Positions 13,301 to 25,922 of a stretch of 64,000 nucleotides of DNA are shown piece after piece. A program made the position numbers and the translations under genes. Under the pieces are notes generated by a model that was given only the letters and a program-made list of their open reading frames with translations, ran no database searches and was not told the DNA's origin. This DNA is from Camelus ferus (Eukaryota), in the NCBI RefSeq assembly GCF_009834535.1, contig NC_045698.1:8310001-8374000 (forward strand), written 5' to 3'. The stretch's first letter is position 1. Every line of letters begins with the position of its first letter.

Positions 13301-14676
13301 TTTCCATCTTAATAATTTGAACACACACGGTTCACGGTGTTCAGCGAGCCACTGTCATCCAGCGTTGACACTGAAGTTCTTTCTTCTTAACTGGGTCAAA
13401 CGCTCATTGTGTTTTTTGTCAGTTGAAATATCACTGGTTTCCAATCGTCTGTCATGAGCATAAATAAACATAAATTTAAATAACTTAGTAAAAGCTTTTG
13501 GCCCCTTGGCATCTGAGCGACGGCAGAATGGACATGAAGGACGCACAAACGCCTTCATCAACAGGCACTCCTACTTCTCACCCCAGGTACACATTTAGAC
13601 ATCCAGGGAGACTAGTGAACAAGCATTTTGGTCAATGCATTCATCTCTTGAGCTCCCTGACTGAAAAACATCTATTCAGAGTCACTGGCTGCTACACCTT
13701 AATTTACTGAGTATTTCCTGTCGTTCATATCTTATCCCTGCATGATTTATTGCTCTTCTTTTGACAACTATACAGTATCAAAAGTTCCACCTCCAGCTCC
13801 AGCCCTGGATCCAGAGACACATTCAGCTGTGCCCTGTGAAGGGGAAACTGACTCAAGCTTTCTTCCACTTCATCGTGTCGATTTCTGTGCCATTGTTTAG
13901 TCTGTGTTATGAAAGAGGCAAATATGGTGCCATCCTGGTATGCCGTTTTAGCCCCTGGTGAGAGAAACCATTTTATAATCTTTTGTAGGAAAATTAGGAA
14001 GGAGATTTCAACAAAAAGATTACCTGTATATTCATCAAGAGCAAAAAATATATACGATTCACTCATCACAGTACGCAAGATGGTGTGTGAGATGTTTTAC
14101 TTACATTTCTCATCTATTCCTTTACAAAATTACTGAAGAGCATTATCACCATTTGTGCAGATGAGAAAAATGAAATTCAGAGAAATTAGCAAAGCTAGGC
14201 AATACCATAAAAACATAATGACGAAATTTAGCTCCAGTTTACGGAGCTACAAACTTCACCTTTCAGAGCTATGAGTTAAAAAAAAATGTTGTCAGGATGA
14301 AAGAAAACATGCAGAATCTTCCAGACCAATTAAACTTATGAAGAGTTTCAGTTTTCTACCAATCGGGGTATTAAATTTCAAAACATATTAGAGTTAGTTC
14401 TCCTTAAAAATCTATTTTATAATGTAAAGCCTCTAAATAAAATTTGGCATATTAATTACTTTTAAACGTAAAACCAGTATTAGTTTTTTGATATACCACT
14501 TTGGAAAGAAGTTAGGCTTCAAATCTGATACAAAAGTGTTGATATAGTAGTTGACCTAAGACATATATCAGATAATTGTAAGTTAAATATTCAACTTTTT
14601 TTAGGACCTACATAAAATCCTCAGGACAGTTGACGATTTGTTATCCCACAGAAATCTGGAACAATGTGTTTAATTG

Positions 14677-15017
14677 TGCTTAGAATGAATGTTTGTGCCC
14701 CCCCAGATTCACATTATACAGTGAAACCTAATTCTTAACATGATGGGATTGAGAGGGGAGGCCTTTGGGAGGTGACGTCATGAGGGGGGATTAGCGCCCT
14801 CATAAAGGAGACTCTGAAGACTTCCCTCGTCCCTTCCACTATGTGAGGACACGGCACAAAGACCAGGAGCCAAGAAGCAGGTTCTCACCAACCACTGAAT
14901 TTGTTTGGGCCTCGACCATGGACATCCCAGCCTCCAGAAATGTGAGAAAACTTTATGTTGTCTATAAGCCACCCAGTCTATGGCATTCTTTTATAGCAGC
15001 CCAAACAAACTGAGATG
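14677..15017 (+). mobile_element. MaLR LTR (MLT1A-like)
   Basis: gaatgtttgtgccccccca...ggcctttgggaggtga...ccagcctccagaaatgtgag...aagccacccagtctatggca...atagcagccc. Confidence 0.88.
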
Positions 15018-15412
15018 TGATAAATAGTATTTTAGATGTAAGTATTAGTAATTATAATTTGTCCATCGGCAGTTTGCAAGAGAATACTAAACAGTTACTC
15101 TGGACGCATTTAAAAGCAAGGATATCATATACTATTAACACTCTTTACCTCATTTGTGTAAGAATAAAATCAGAAACATAGATGAAGAATTTCAAAATAG
15201 CTATAATCATTGGGGGGTGGGGAGGGAGAGGGAAGAAATAGAAAATCAGTCCAAAAATGTTTGTATCCTTAGGGTGAAAAAGGACCGGAGACATTCAGAT
15301 GGTAATTTACAACCTAATTCAAGACACCATTTAAGACTGAATAACAGCATTATAGCAAGGTATGTTAAATATGTACTTGGGGAGTAAAGATACCTGGGTT
15401 CAAAAGTCAATG

Positions 15413-15681
15413 TCTGGTATGATATCGTTAAATGTGGAATCTAAAAAATATGACAAATTAGTGAATATAACATTAAAGAAGCAGACTCAAAGATACAGAG
15501 AACAAACTAGTGGTTACTAGTGGTGGGGGCAATATAGAGGTGGGGCAGTGGGTGTAAGTGTTGGGTGTAAGACAGATTCAAGGATATGTTACATAACACA
15601 GCAAATACAACCAATATTTTTTTAATAACTGTGAATGGAAATTTTAAAAATTAAAAAAAATTTTAAAAATTCAATCAAAAA
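15413..15681 (+). mobile_element. Cetartiodactyl-type L1 3'UTR fragment inserted into a MIR
   Basis: tgtggaatctaaaaaa...gaagcagactc...gagaacaaactagtggttac; A tail; TSD aaaagtcaatg (15402-15412) / aaaaatcaatg (15682-15692). MIR halves flank it (about 15350-15410 and 15695-15870). Confidence 0.8.
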
Positions 15682-17579
15682 AAAAATCAATGCTGGATAC
15701 CGGGAAAGTGAATTTCTCGTTCTGAATCTCAGTGTTCTCATCTACAAAATGAAATACCAGTAAGATTTACTAACTCACTGGGTTAACTGGGGGTGAATGG
15801 CATGATCTGTATAAACCAATTAATACTGCGCTCAGCCTATGAAAACTGCTCCATAAACACTACCATTATTACTGTGAAAACTATCGCTGTTATTACTACT
15901 ATTACCACTATTATCACCATCTTAAGATCAGAGTGAAAGTATGAGACTAGATCAGCCACAGTTCCACACCACAGAGTACATCAAACCAACAGGCCCTGGA
16001 TTCCAGGGTACGATTTTAACACGGAAACTAACTAGAATGAACACTGAAATGTAATATTCTGATCGGGCAAGATCAGACTAATATGTAACATTTGCTATGT
16101 AATATATATTATATATATAAATAATAGATTCTGGAATGTATAGAGATGAAAATATGTATAGATTAGTAAGACTGATGATTTTGCTAAAAAATAGCAATGA
16201 GAAAAGAAGAGCGATGCTGTATACTTATTCATCATTTATCCAGTCAGCACTGACTGAACAGTTACCGTGGGCTGGCCGCTGCTGCGTCATATACTCCGAG
16301 GCTCTGCCCTTGGGGAATGGCTTAGAGACCAGGGGACAAAACCGAGGAGACACAGTAGGTATTGTCTACTGGCTGAGAAACTCATGAAGCCTCAGTATAG
16401 GGGAGGAAGAGGCAGCAGCTTTAGTCCAGGTTTTTAAAATAAAAACTACACTAATGAAAAAATTAGGTTCTTAAAAATTAAAAGTTATTCTAAAGCTATC
16501 TTTTTTGCCTTTTAATGACAAATGCATATTCACTGGTGGTAAGGATCTAGAATCTTATGACTTTGAGTGATTTTTACCTTTGGCCAAACGACTGTTTAGG
16601 AATGTGCGTATGTGTAGAAATATCTATCCCACATAATTTTTAAAACTTTATTTTAAAAAATTTAAGTAAGTATTTAATATGCCTGGTTTCCAAATTAAAA
16701 TATTTTGGCAAAATTCTTCCTTCTTTATTTAAAAAGAATAAATGTAACTGTCTACTTATTTCAGTATCATATCTTGAAGGATAATGAAAAATGCACACTA
16801 TGTCTTACTTTGGGAAACAACTATATTCGTGTATGACTTATTTCCTTAAGAAAATTCACTGATTATGCTGACTTACACTGTATTTAAATAAATACATTTC
16901 ATTCTGACAAAAAGTACCTAACCACTTACGTTTCTTCACTACTAATTTAACCAGGTCAGCATTTTCTCAAAAATAAGCCGGACTTCTTCATAGGTATGGA
17001 AAAGATTTTCAAACCCTTTTTATAGAACTGTTGGCATCTGGGCTTCACAGAAGTTAGTTAATAAAGAGAATGACCTTTGATAACATTTATAACATTAATT
17101 CCTTTTGTATTCCACTCTCTAAAATATGGCAGGCTTTTGAGGAAACTTGTTTGGAAGAAATTCAATAGTTCATCTGGTGGAAAGAAAAGAGCATCTTTTT
17201 CTGTGGAGCAAGCAATTCTACATATATATTGCATTTTGTCTTTTTAAATATGTAGATAAGTCCAATCAGAGACTTGGGTATCTATATCATAAAAAAGGCA
17301 AAGCTAAAGATGACCCCTTTCATTGTCCTTACTCTATAGTAAGTATCAATCCCCGCTCCAAATCCAGATCCCTCTATTTCTTAGAATCAAAGTTACAGAT
17401 TATTTTAATATGTGAATCCAAATGAATGCATTTAAGATGTATGAAAAATAAAATTGGCTACAGACATTAAACTCTTGAATGGAATACAGATGGTCACAGA
17501 GTAAAATTTATTTCCTCTAAAAACTTTTCAGCTTGTTATAATATATATCAAATACAACCAGTTGAAAAGCACTGAATTC

Positions 17580-18005
17580 ACTTTCCATTACTGCAGAACT
17601 AATTACCACCAACCGAGTAGTTTAGAACAACATACAGTTTTTTTTTAGCTAACAGTTTTCTAAGTTTTGTCAAGTTCAGGCGTGGCACACTTGGGTTCTC
17701 TGTTCAGGGTCCTACAAGGTTACTGTCATTGTTTCTGCTGGGCTACTCTCCTTTCCGGAGGTTCCGGGGAATAAAGTGCTCCCAAGTTCACTCGAACTAT
17801 TTGTGAGCTGAATTAAACTCCCTTTGGTCCTAAGACAGAGGTCCTTGCTGGCTGTCAGCTGGGGATTGCTCTCAGTATCTAGAAGCTATATGCATTGCTA
17901 GCCACATCTTTAGCTTCATCTTTAAGCCACCAAAGAAGAATTTATCATGTATCGAATCTCTCTAGCTTTGAATCTTTGACTTCCTTTGTCTCTGAGCTTT
18001 AGACC
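17580..18005 (-). mobile_element. MaLR LTR (MLT1D/E-like)
   Basis: ctaattaccaccaa...gggttctctgttcagggtc...cttgctggctgtcagctgggg matches reverse-strand MLT1 motifs. Confidence 0.7.
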
Positions 18006-18016
18006 ATTGTCATAAA

Positions 18017-18143
18017 TCATCATCGTCATCATCATCATCATCATCATCATCGTCATCATCGTCATCATCATCATCAGTCATCATCGTCATCATCATCATC
18101 GTCATCATCATCATCATCATCATCGTCATCATCATCATCATCA
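18017..18143. repeat. Interrupted (CAT)n trinucleotide microsatellite with CGT and CAGT interruptions
   Basis: Direct reading, about 127 bp. Confidence 0.97.
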
Positions 18144-21100
18144 GTCTTCCAAGAGTCAGGTCTCCTTTAGGAAGAGTTCATAAGATAGGTCAAGCAGTTA
18201 TTTGAATCCAATTTCTCTCTCATTATATTCCTGTTGCCCATGAAGATCAAAGGATGTAAGTAGACATCTATTTTGTTGTCTTTAACTTTCAGTAGCACCT
18301 GAGAAAATCCCCAATGTCCTTTGACTTAAGGTTAAAACATCCTGTGGCAAGGAACTTCTAGAAGGGTCAGTAGAGCCCCATCCCCAAAACTCTGTTAAGT
18401 TCTAAGGACTCCCCAGGAAGGCAGGACACCTGGACCAATTTGAACAGATCAAGAAGACATTCAGAAGAATGTGAGCCCTGAGCGGGGCAGCTGGATCCAT
18501 AGGGGGAGGTGACCAGAAGAAAGGGGTAGGATAGTCTAGATGGAAGGGGTCACATGCCCATGACCACGTGAGACGGGAAAGAGTAGCGTACTGATGGAAT
18601 TGCAGAAGAGGGAATGGGTCCTTCACAGACACGGTTCTGATTTACGTGATATGCAGCTGAAGCCCACACAGGTGGAGGATGGGTTTGGGCAGAATGTAGG
18701 CAAAAAGATGAGTCAGGATGCTGTTTGAGGGGTCTGTGGAGAATATGACAAGGGCATGGGCACAGGCAGGTCCTGTGGGACTTACAAGAGCCTGGTCTGG
18801 GAGAGGACCGGGTAACTCACAGGGCTGCCAGACCGAGACCTCCTTGACAGGTCTTCGCCTGAGGAACAGATGTGACCCAATTAGTAGCACCTGGCCAGAG
18901 GGTGGACGTGGGCTATCAGCAAGAGGGGTGTGGTCATGACCTAAATAAGGGGCCTCTTCTACACAAATAATCTTCCTGACTCAGGCCTGGTTGGTTCTGA
19001 GGAATCAGGGGGAAGGTATGGGACCAAACTCTCTAGTTGTAGGAGGGAGAAGGACCCAAGAGCTTGGAAAGGTTTGACCTGAAATCAGTGCGGACAGTCA
19101 AGACAGGAAGGTGAGAAGGCACACAGTCAAAGTGTAGCTGCAGTAAGAAGCACCAATAATTCTATCCTAGAGGACTGACATTAACATTTAGACAGCCACT
19201 AATTGATCTGAATTCTGCAAGCTACGATAATGAATTTGGATGCTTAGAAAAGTCTATGGAGGGTTTAAGAGATCACAATGTTCCTATTTGCAGCTACTTT
19301 TCCCCTAGATACATGGACGCAGAAGCTGATATGCTACAATAATAGATATCTCCAGATTCTCCCTTCTCCAAATTCTCAGCATCCTCTCTTATGATTTGAT
19401 TGACTATGATAAATCCAGCTGTTACAAATGCATACTAGTAATATCTTTTTATTAACTTTAAACTGTCAATGTAACTCCAGGAAACAGGAGCAATTTCCTA
19501 ATGCCAATAAAGGCAGAGGAAAACCAAATTACATCTATTAGTCATTTTTATCATTTATATAAAAAAAACTGAAAAATATTTTATTTTGTTTCATGTCCTC
19601 TAAGAAACTCTCTCACCTCTCCTTAAGAAGTACGAAACGACATCTAAATCATCACTCTTTATCTGTTCTCCTTTTTCGAAAATTGTTTACATTTCTATTT
19701 TTTCTTTTAATTTTTAAATACCCCCTTTTCATGTGCTAACTAGGTTAGTCTATCACCCTTGATACAGACTTGAATTTCCAAACGTGCATTTCTGAAGCTG
19801 AGCAAACAACTAGGTTATGACAAAAAAAGAACAGTGGAAGTTATGTATCAGGACTTTCTCCGGTGAAATATCAGTAAATTGCTTGTATTATTCAAATGCA
19901 GATTCATACATTCAATACTTTTGAAATACAAAGTAATGAAGCCTGATGCAAGACATATTACACAGCCACATGGCAAAGGGAAATAATTAGACAGTCATCA
20001 TCACTCAGCACTATATTTAATATATATTTAATACAGAATTATGGATTATGTATCATGGGCTGTGAGCTAGGAATACAAGATATAGTGTAAATAATCAGAA
20101 GTTGCCATGGGATAATTTTTCTGTCTAATTTGGTAGTTCACAGATGTGTTCTATTCATGAAACATTGAACCTAAGAAAAGAAATCAACTCAAATTTTAAG
20201 AATTCCAAAGGTAATCTCATAGATGCAACATCTAAATGCAGCCAGACCTAGTGACAACTATACTGGTCTCTGACTTTCAGGAATCACAGAGTCTCTCTCC
20301 ATTGGACTGCCCTCTGTCACCACAGAGTCCTCCATCAGCACCCAATCCACATGGCCACCATCTCCTAGCACCCACCATTGAATGTCACAGATTTGGGGCA
20401 TTTATTTCACATTCCCAAGAGTACAAAACTAATTTCTTGCAGGCCAGTCACTGGATGAATCAGCCTTGGGTTAGATATCCATCTCTGATCCAATCAGAAG
20501 TTGGGAACTGAGGCACAGGATACAGAATGGTCCCCTAGACGTGCTGTTACCAAGAGCCGGAGGTGGGTGAAACAAAACAAAAGATGTAGAGTATGCAAAA
20601 GTATCACCCAGAAAGATTAGGAATATGAATTGAAAACGTAATCTGACCAACAGGGAAACAATGGGTTTCAAAGCGAAATACTGTAGTTGTAAATTCAACA
20701 GTGTTTATGGACCTAAAAAACCTTACAGACTTAGCTTCTTAGGTGATGTTCACCATTAAAAAAAGCTCTTCAAATATGAACAACCACATGTACAAAATCG
20801 AATACACACTTATAAATATTATTTTCTCTATACATTAGTCTCATCACCTTCAACCAGAACCTTCTGATAACAATTTCAAGTAGACGTAATTCATTTTGCC
20901 TTTTTCTTGTCCATCCTGCTCTGGTTAATTTGGGTGTTCACACAAGCCTATGATGCGTTTAAGAGATCACAATGTACCTATTTGCAACTATGTATAGCCT
21001 GGGTACTTGGATGCAGAAGCAGATACGCTTTTGCATACCTAAAATAAGGCTTTACAATTGAAAATGCTATTCCATCCAAGAAATTTAGACTCACAAGAGG

Positions 21101-21260
21101 CGCATGATTCCCATTTAAAGATTATCACCATTGGACGATGAAAAGAACCATGTTAAAAGATGAATGGCAGGTGGCTCCACTAGAAACATTCCAACTACAA
21201 ATTAATCCTACAGTGATAAAATATCTTACAGCAATGGATACAAGGATTTTTTAATTATTT

Positions 21261-21651
21261 TGTGGCAGAAGCTGGTTAACAGAGTACCAAACTCATGTCC
21301 CCACTTCCTGGGCAGAGTGACTACAGACCTCAAGACTAGGAATCCCTGCCCCACTTCCATCTATGGGAGGACATGTGACTACAGTTCACCAATGGACTAT
21401 GGCTGCAGTGATGTAATTGATGCTGCAATTGATGATGCAATTGATGATGAGGCCATAGGGGATGGCAGGGCTCTCAAGAGAGAAGCTGGGTCATTAATTA
21501 CTGCATGGAAGGGCAGCAGGGAAGCAGCCCCCTGACCAGCATCCACCTCTTCTATCTGTTGCATGAATGAGAAACAAACCGCTCTTGTGTCAAGCCACTA
21601 TAACATGGGAGTTTATTTGCCACAGCAATCATTGTTCCTTGAAAATGCACA
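21261..21651 (+). mobile_element. Old MaLR LTR (MLT1I/J-like)
   Basis: tgtggcagaa start; tgagaaacaaaccgctcttgtgtcaagccact...gtttatttgccacagca end; internal 12-bp repeat at about 21410-21450. Confidence 0.65.
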
Positions 21652-22323
21652 ATGTCAAACACATTACAGAACAAAATGACAGGAAATTCCAATGCATCTT
21701 TGAGAAATAAAAATTGTCTCATAGAGCTTTAGGTTTCTTTCACACTCACACTCATACTCACACACACTTATATTTTTACAAATGAAAACATGGTCTTCAG
21801 GCAGATAACTTATTGTTTGGTCAAGTGACTAAGTTTTGTTTTTAAATACTTCATAATCTCAAATCAAGCCTTAACTGAATAATCATTCTACGTATGGATT
21901 TGAAATGTCTTCACACACAGAAACTGCACGTGTGGCTGATATTTGAGGAGCAATTTTATAATGTAGCATCAGATATTAGCAAACAATGCAAGTAAATGTC
22001 AAAACGTCAAACTCTTTCATTTCCAGAACCTGCAACTCTGGATCATTTAGAAAAAAGAACCAAACTGAGAGACTGTGACATGGCATCTCCTCATCTCCAG
22101 GAAGCTGACTAAATGCAAAGCTTCCATTTTGTGTAAAATTATGCATAATTTGTATTCAGGGCAGGCATACATTTTGTGAAAGGCGTCTCCAGTACAAATC
22201 AGGCCATTTTAGACACCTTCTGAACATCTTAAATCAGGTCGGTTACAGTTCCTTCCCAACATCTGACTGAATGTTCCAGCTCCACTGCCAGGTTTGTCAG
22301 GAGAAGATAAACAGCACCATTTA

Positions 22324-22536
<213 letters not shown>

Positions 22537-22614
22537 CTATACGGAAAGCGGAATTCAGACCAAAAAGACAGGATGGTCCAGGGGAAAAACAGGATTTCTC
22601 AAGACTTCAGATTT

Positions 22615-22850
22615 GAGAAGCAGAGGTTGCTGATGTGAACTCAAAGACGGCTGAGACGTTCAGACAGACCTGAGTTCTCATCATAGTCCTGGGACCTGAT
22701 AAGTTATTCAGTCTTTCTAAGGATCAGTTTCAGTATCTGCAAAATGGGTTTACAATACTCATTAGGTTGAGGTGAGGATTAAATGAGACACCAAGAAGAA
22801 TAAGCCTGTGTTATGTTTGGCAAATGGCCAGCACTCAACAGAGATCAGTA
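22615..22850 (+). mobile_element. MIR SINE
   Basis: cagacagacctgagttc...aagttattcagtctttct...tcagtttcagtatctgcaaaatggg...gtgaggattaaatgaga. Confidence 0.75.
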
Positions 22851-23454
22851 TTCCTGTCACCAAAAGGGAAAGGCTTAGTAAACTATGTTTATGTGACTTG
22901 GAGCATGTGTTTAGTCGCTACTGGCCATCTAGCTGCTTTTATACACTAAATTGGTATTTAAATTATTTATATATTGTAGCTTGAAGCAAATAATACTTTA
23001 AACCCACATTTTTCATACTTTAAATTCCAGCAGAACAAGGACACTGATTCCATACAGTCTAATTACAAAGAGAATAACCACGATATTTCATTTGTCACTT
23101 AAAAAACAGCCAACTGGACCAACGAAGAATTCTTCTACAAAGCTACTGAAAATCCACTGTTAAAGGATTAACTTTAATAAAAAATAAGATTCAATTAGTA
23201 TGTCAAGGACCTTAGCTGTTCCAACTACAGGGACTTCTGTATTATTTTTTAATCTTTACATTTTATTTTTCTATACACTTAAGTTTTTTTAAACAGACAT
23301 AATTATAGTAAATCATGTATTTTAACTAAAAAATTAAGAAAAAGTTTTTTACAATATCACAGCTAACTTCTTTTAAAAATGAATGATTTGCACAGTTGTG
23401 TTTTGGAGATGGGAAGACCTCTAAGAATGCTGTAAAAAATAGGGTAGGGGGTAA

Positions 23455-23545
23455 TTTGGGAGACATAGTTGATACACAGCACTGTATAAAGTTTAAGGTG
23501 CACAGCAGAATGATTTGACGTACGTACATCACAAAATAATTATTA
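23455..23545 (-). mobile_element. Short L1MA-type 3' end fragment
   Basis: gagacatagttgatacacagcactgtataaagtttaaggtgcacagc...atgatttgac is the reverse complement of an L1 3' terminus. Confidence 0.55.
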
Positions 23546-23976
23546 CATCACAGGGATATGTCTTCCCAGAAAAGATGAGTTTATTTTATTTGCTACCCTG
23601 TGATGTTCTAGGGTGAGACCTTTAAAAAGTAGTGGCAGCCTCTGCATTTGTGAAAAACACCCTTGCTCTTTTCCAAAGGGCAGATTTTTATGTTGACGTT
23701 ATTTCAGGGATCTCAGTAAGGGACACTGTACAAATGAGAGATCAGCTTTTCCCTTTATGGTGAAACATATTGTTGAAGCTTAAGTTTTTCTTCTTCTCTA
23801 TGAAGGGCAGCAAAGATTATTTGGAAGCAATGAATACTAAGACCTCTGCTGACTGCATCTTGTGTATCTAACCTCCTCTTCTTCTCCCTGAAAGTTCTGC
23901 TGCTTTGCTGCGGGAGTTCCTTTCCATAAACACATGCAAGTTCTAGAAGATGTTCTTTTCCAGCCTTTATAATACA

Positions 23977-24451
23977 CAGGCATGCCTCAGAGACACTGCA
24001 GGCTTGGTTCCAGACCACCATAACACGGGCATCATCACAGAGAAGTGAGATCCACAAGGTTTTGTTTTCCCAGTTCATACAAAAGTTATGTTTACACTAG
24101 ACTGTAGTCTGTTAAGTGTTCAATAACCTTATGTCTAAAAAAAGTACATATCTTAATTTATAAATCTTCATTGCTAAAATATTAACCATCATCTGAGCCT
24201 TCACCAAGTCATAATCTTTTTGCAATAGTTAACATCAAAGATCACTGATTACAGATCACCTTAACAAATATAATAATAGGAAAAAGTCTGAAATATTGTT
24301 AGAATTACCAAAATATGACACAGAGACATGAAGTGAGTAAGTGATGTTGGAAAAATGGCGCCAATAGACTTGCTCAATGCACAGTTACCCCAGACCTTCA
24401 ATTTGTAAAAAATGCAGTATCTGTGAAGCACCATAAAACAAGGTATGTCGG
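23977..24451. mobile_element. Tigger1-derived non-autonomous DNA transposon (internal deletion product)
   Basis: TIRs caggcatgcctc... / ...aaggtatgtcgg followed by TA; Tigger1 terminal motifs ggttccagaccacc and gtaaaaaatgcagtatctgtgaagc. Confidence 0.85.
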
Positions 24452-24749
24452 TATATTTTATCTCAAATATGTCTGAGTAACAGGAAACCAGCTCATACCT
24501 TTGAGTTGATAATGCCTTAAAAACATTAATAGTTACAGATTATACAGAACTCCTCATAGGTAAGTAGAAATTCATTGTTTGTATTATCCGAATTAGTTTA
24601 ATTTGCTGCATGTTTGCATATGTTACCAGCAGTCCAGTATGGAGAGACGGTGAAGCCATCAGAGTCAGGACACAAGAACCTTCTTGGGCTCCTGCTAGGA
24701 CAGACGCTGCCCTGGGGTGCGCTTGCTGAAGGCTCTGGCTTCACATTTT

Positions 24750-25922
24750 CTTCACATCAGTTTTACAGAGCCTTCTGAATGCTCTACCCCAGGTCTCTGG
24801 AATTATGGCATTTCCCAGCTTGGCTGAGGGGTGCAAACACATATTCTTGGCCCTGGTGTGAGCACCAGATACTGTTTCCTCCCATCCTTCCAGAGAGATC
24901 TTTCACTGCTCCCTGGCAGTCTCCTTATATACACGGGCTGCTCAGTTCTCTGCTGAACAGTCGAAGGGGACCCTCTGCAGCTCTCAAGGGTTCTCCTTCT
25001 GAGCAGCAATCACCTTTCTTCTTTTTTGCCCTGCAGATTCCAGCCTCCTTTACCTCCCAGACTCTCAGCGCTGTCTCCATCTCGGGGAGTGCTCTGGGCT
25101 CTGCCTGGGTCCTCCCTTCTCCACTGTGCTGGGGAGACTCTCTCAGGGCAGTAAGCTGGGGCAGCTGTAGGGCTCACCGCACCTGCTTTGTATCTCGTTA
25201 GAATCACTGTCCTTCATCGCCTGAAGTTCTTTTGTTGTCGTCGTTCTTGCTGTTTTTTGTTTGTTTTGTGGTGGAGGAAAGTGCAGCATTTATTGTAAAG
25301 GCACCAGTCCAAGGGGGACGGGTGGCTTGTGCTCTGAAACCCCCAACTCCCAGGGGGTTTCAGCAAGGCATTTTTGAAGACCAGGAGAGGGAGGGCAGCG
25401 TGTCGCTGGGTATGTGATCAGCTTGTGCACAGTTCTCTGACTGGTTGATGGTGAGGTCACAGGGCAGTTAACACGACCAATCCTTAGGCGCCAGTAGGTC
25501 TGGGGGCTCATGATCATCAAGGAGTTAATTTCTTCCATTCAGCGGTGGTTTTAGCATCTGTAAAACAGCTCGGGAAGTGTGCACCAGATCCTATGATCTG
25601 GGTACTTCAGAGAGGAGCTACAGCAGAGGATACGGGGAGGGGTCTGTCCTGGGAAAGCCCCACAGGGTCCTGCTCGGTTACATTTTCTGTAACTGGTCTG
25701 AGAAGGTTCCATGTGTGGGACTGCTTCCGCCAACCTGCACCATCATCAGCAACCGCATCAAGAAGAGGACTGGATCTTCCGGAATTCAGGTGTTTTTTGC
25801 TGCCGCCTCGCATGTCTACAAAACTGCTATTTCCTATTTTTATATTTATTTTTTGTCACTGTTATTGTTTCAGGTGGGAAGGTATTTCTGGGCACCGTTC
25901 CTCTCTTAGCTGAAAGCTGAAA
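24750..25922 (-). mobile_element. Old L1M 5'-end fragment, split by an insertion at about 25227-25810
   Basis: gcagtaagctggggcagctgtagggctcacc...aatcactgtcc resumes after the insert as aaaactgctatttcc...ttgtttcaggtgggaagg, as in the reverse complement of L1MC/MD 5' ends. Confidence 0.55.
25267..25682 (-). mobile_element. ERV1-class LTR, U3-R only, with an A-rich tail in place of U5
   Basis: Minus strand begins TGTAACCGAGCAGGACCC at 25682; AATAAA at 25294-25289; ends ...ctccaccaca then aaacaaacaaaaaacagcaag. Confidence 0.85.

Noticed and set aside
18017..18143. (TCAT)-rich array as a NOVA YCAY cluster or poly-His/Asp coding sequence
   Set aside because: YCAY lies on the strand opposite the CTNND2 transcript, and there are no splice signals or ORF context.
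18690..18960. Possible very old LTR-like segments (also about 27000-27380 and 51850-52130)
   Set aside because: Only a general LTR-like look; no family, termini or TSD could be supported by eye.
25711..25790. Plus-strand peptide SANLHHHQQPH resembling a degenerate KRAB-ZNF finger
   Set aside because: Too short and lacking the Cys pair and TGEKP linker; treated only as the unassigned flank of the LTR insertion.
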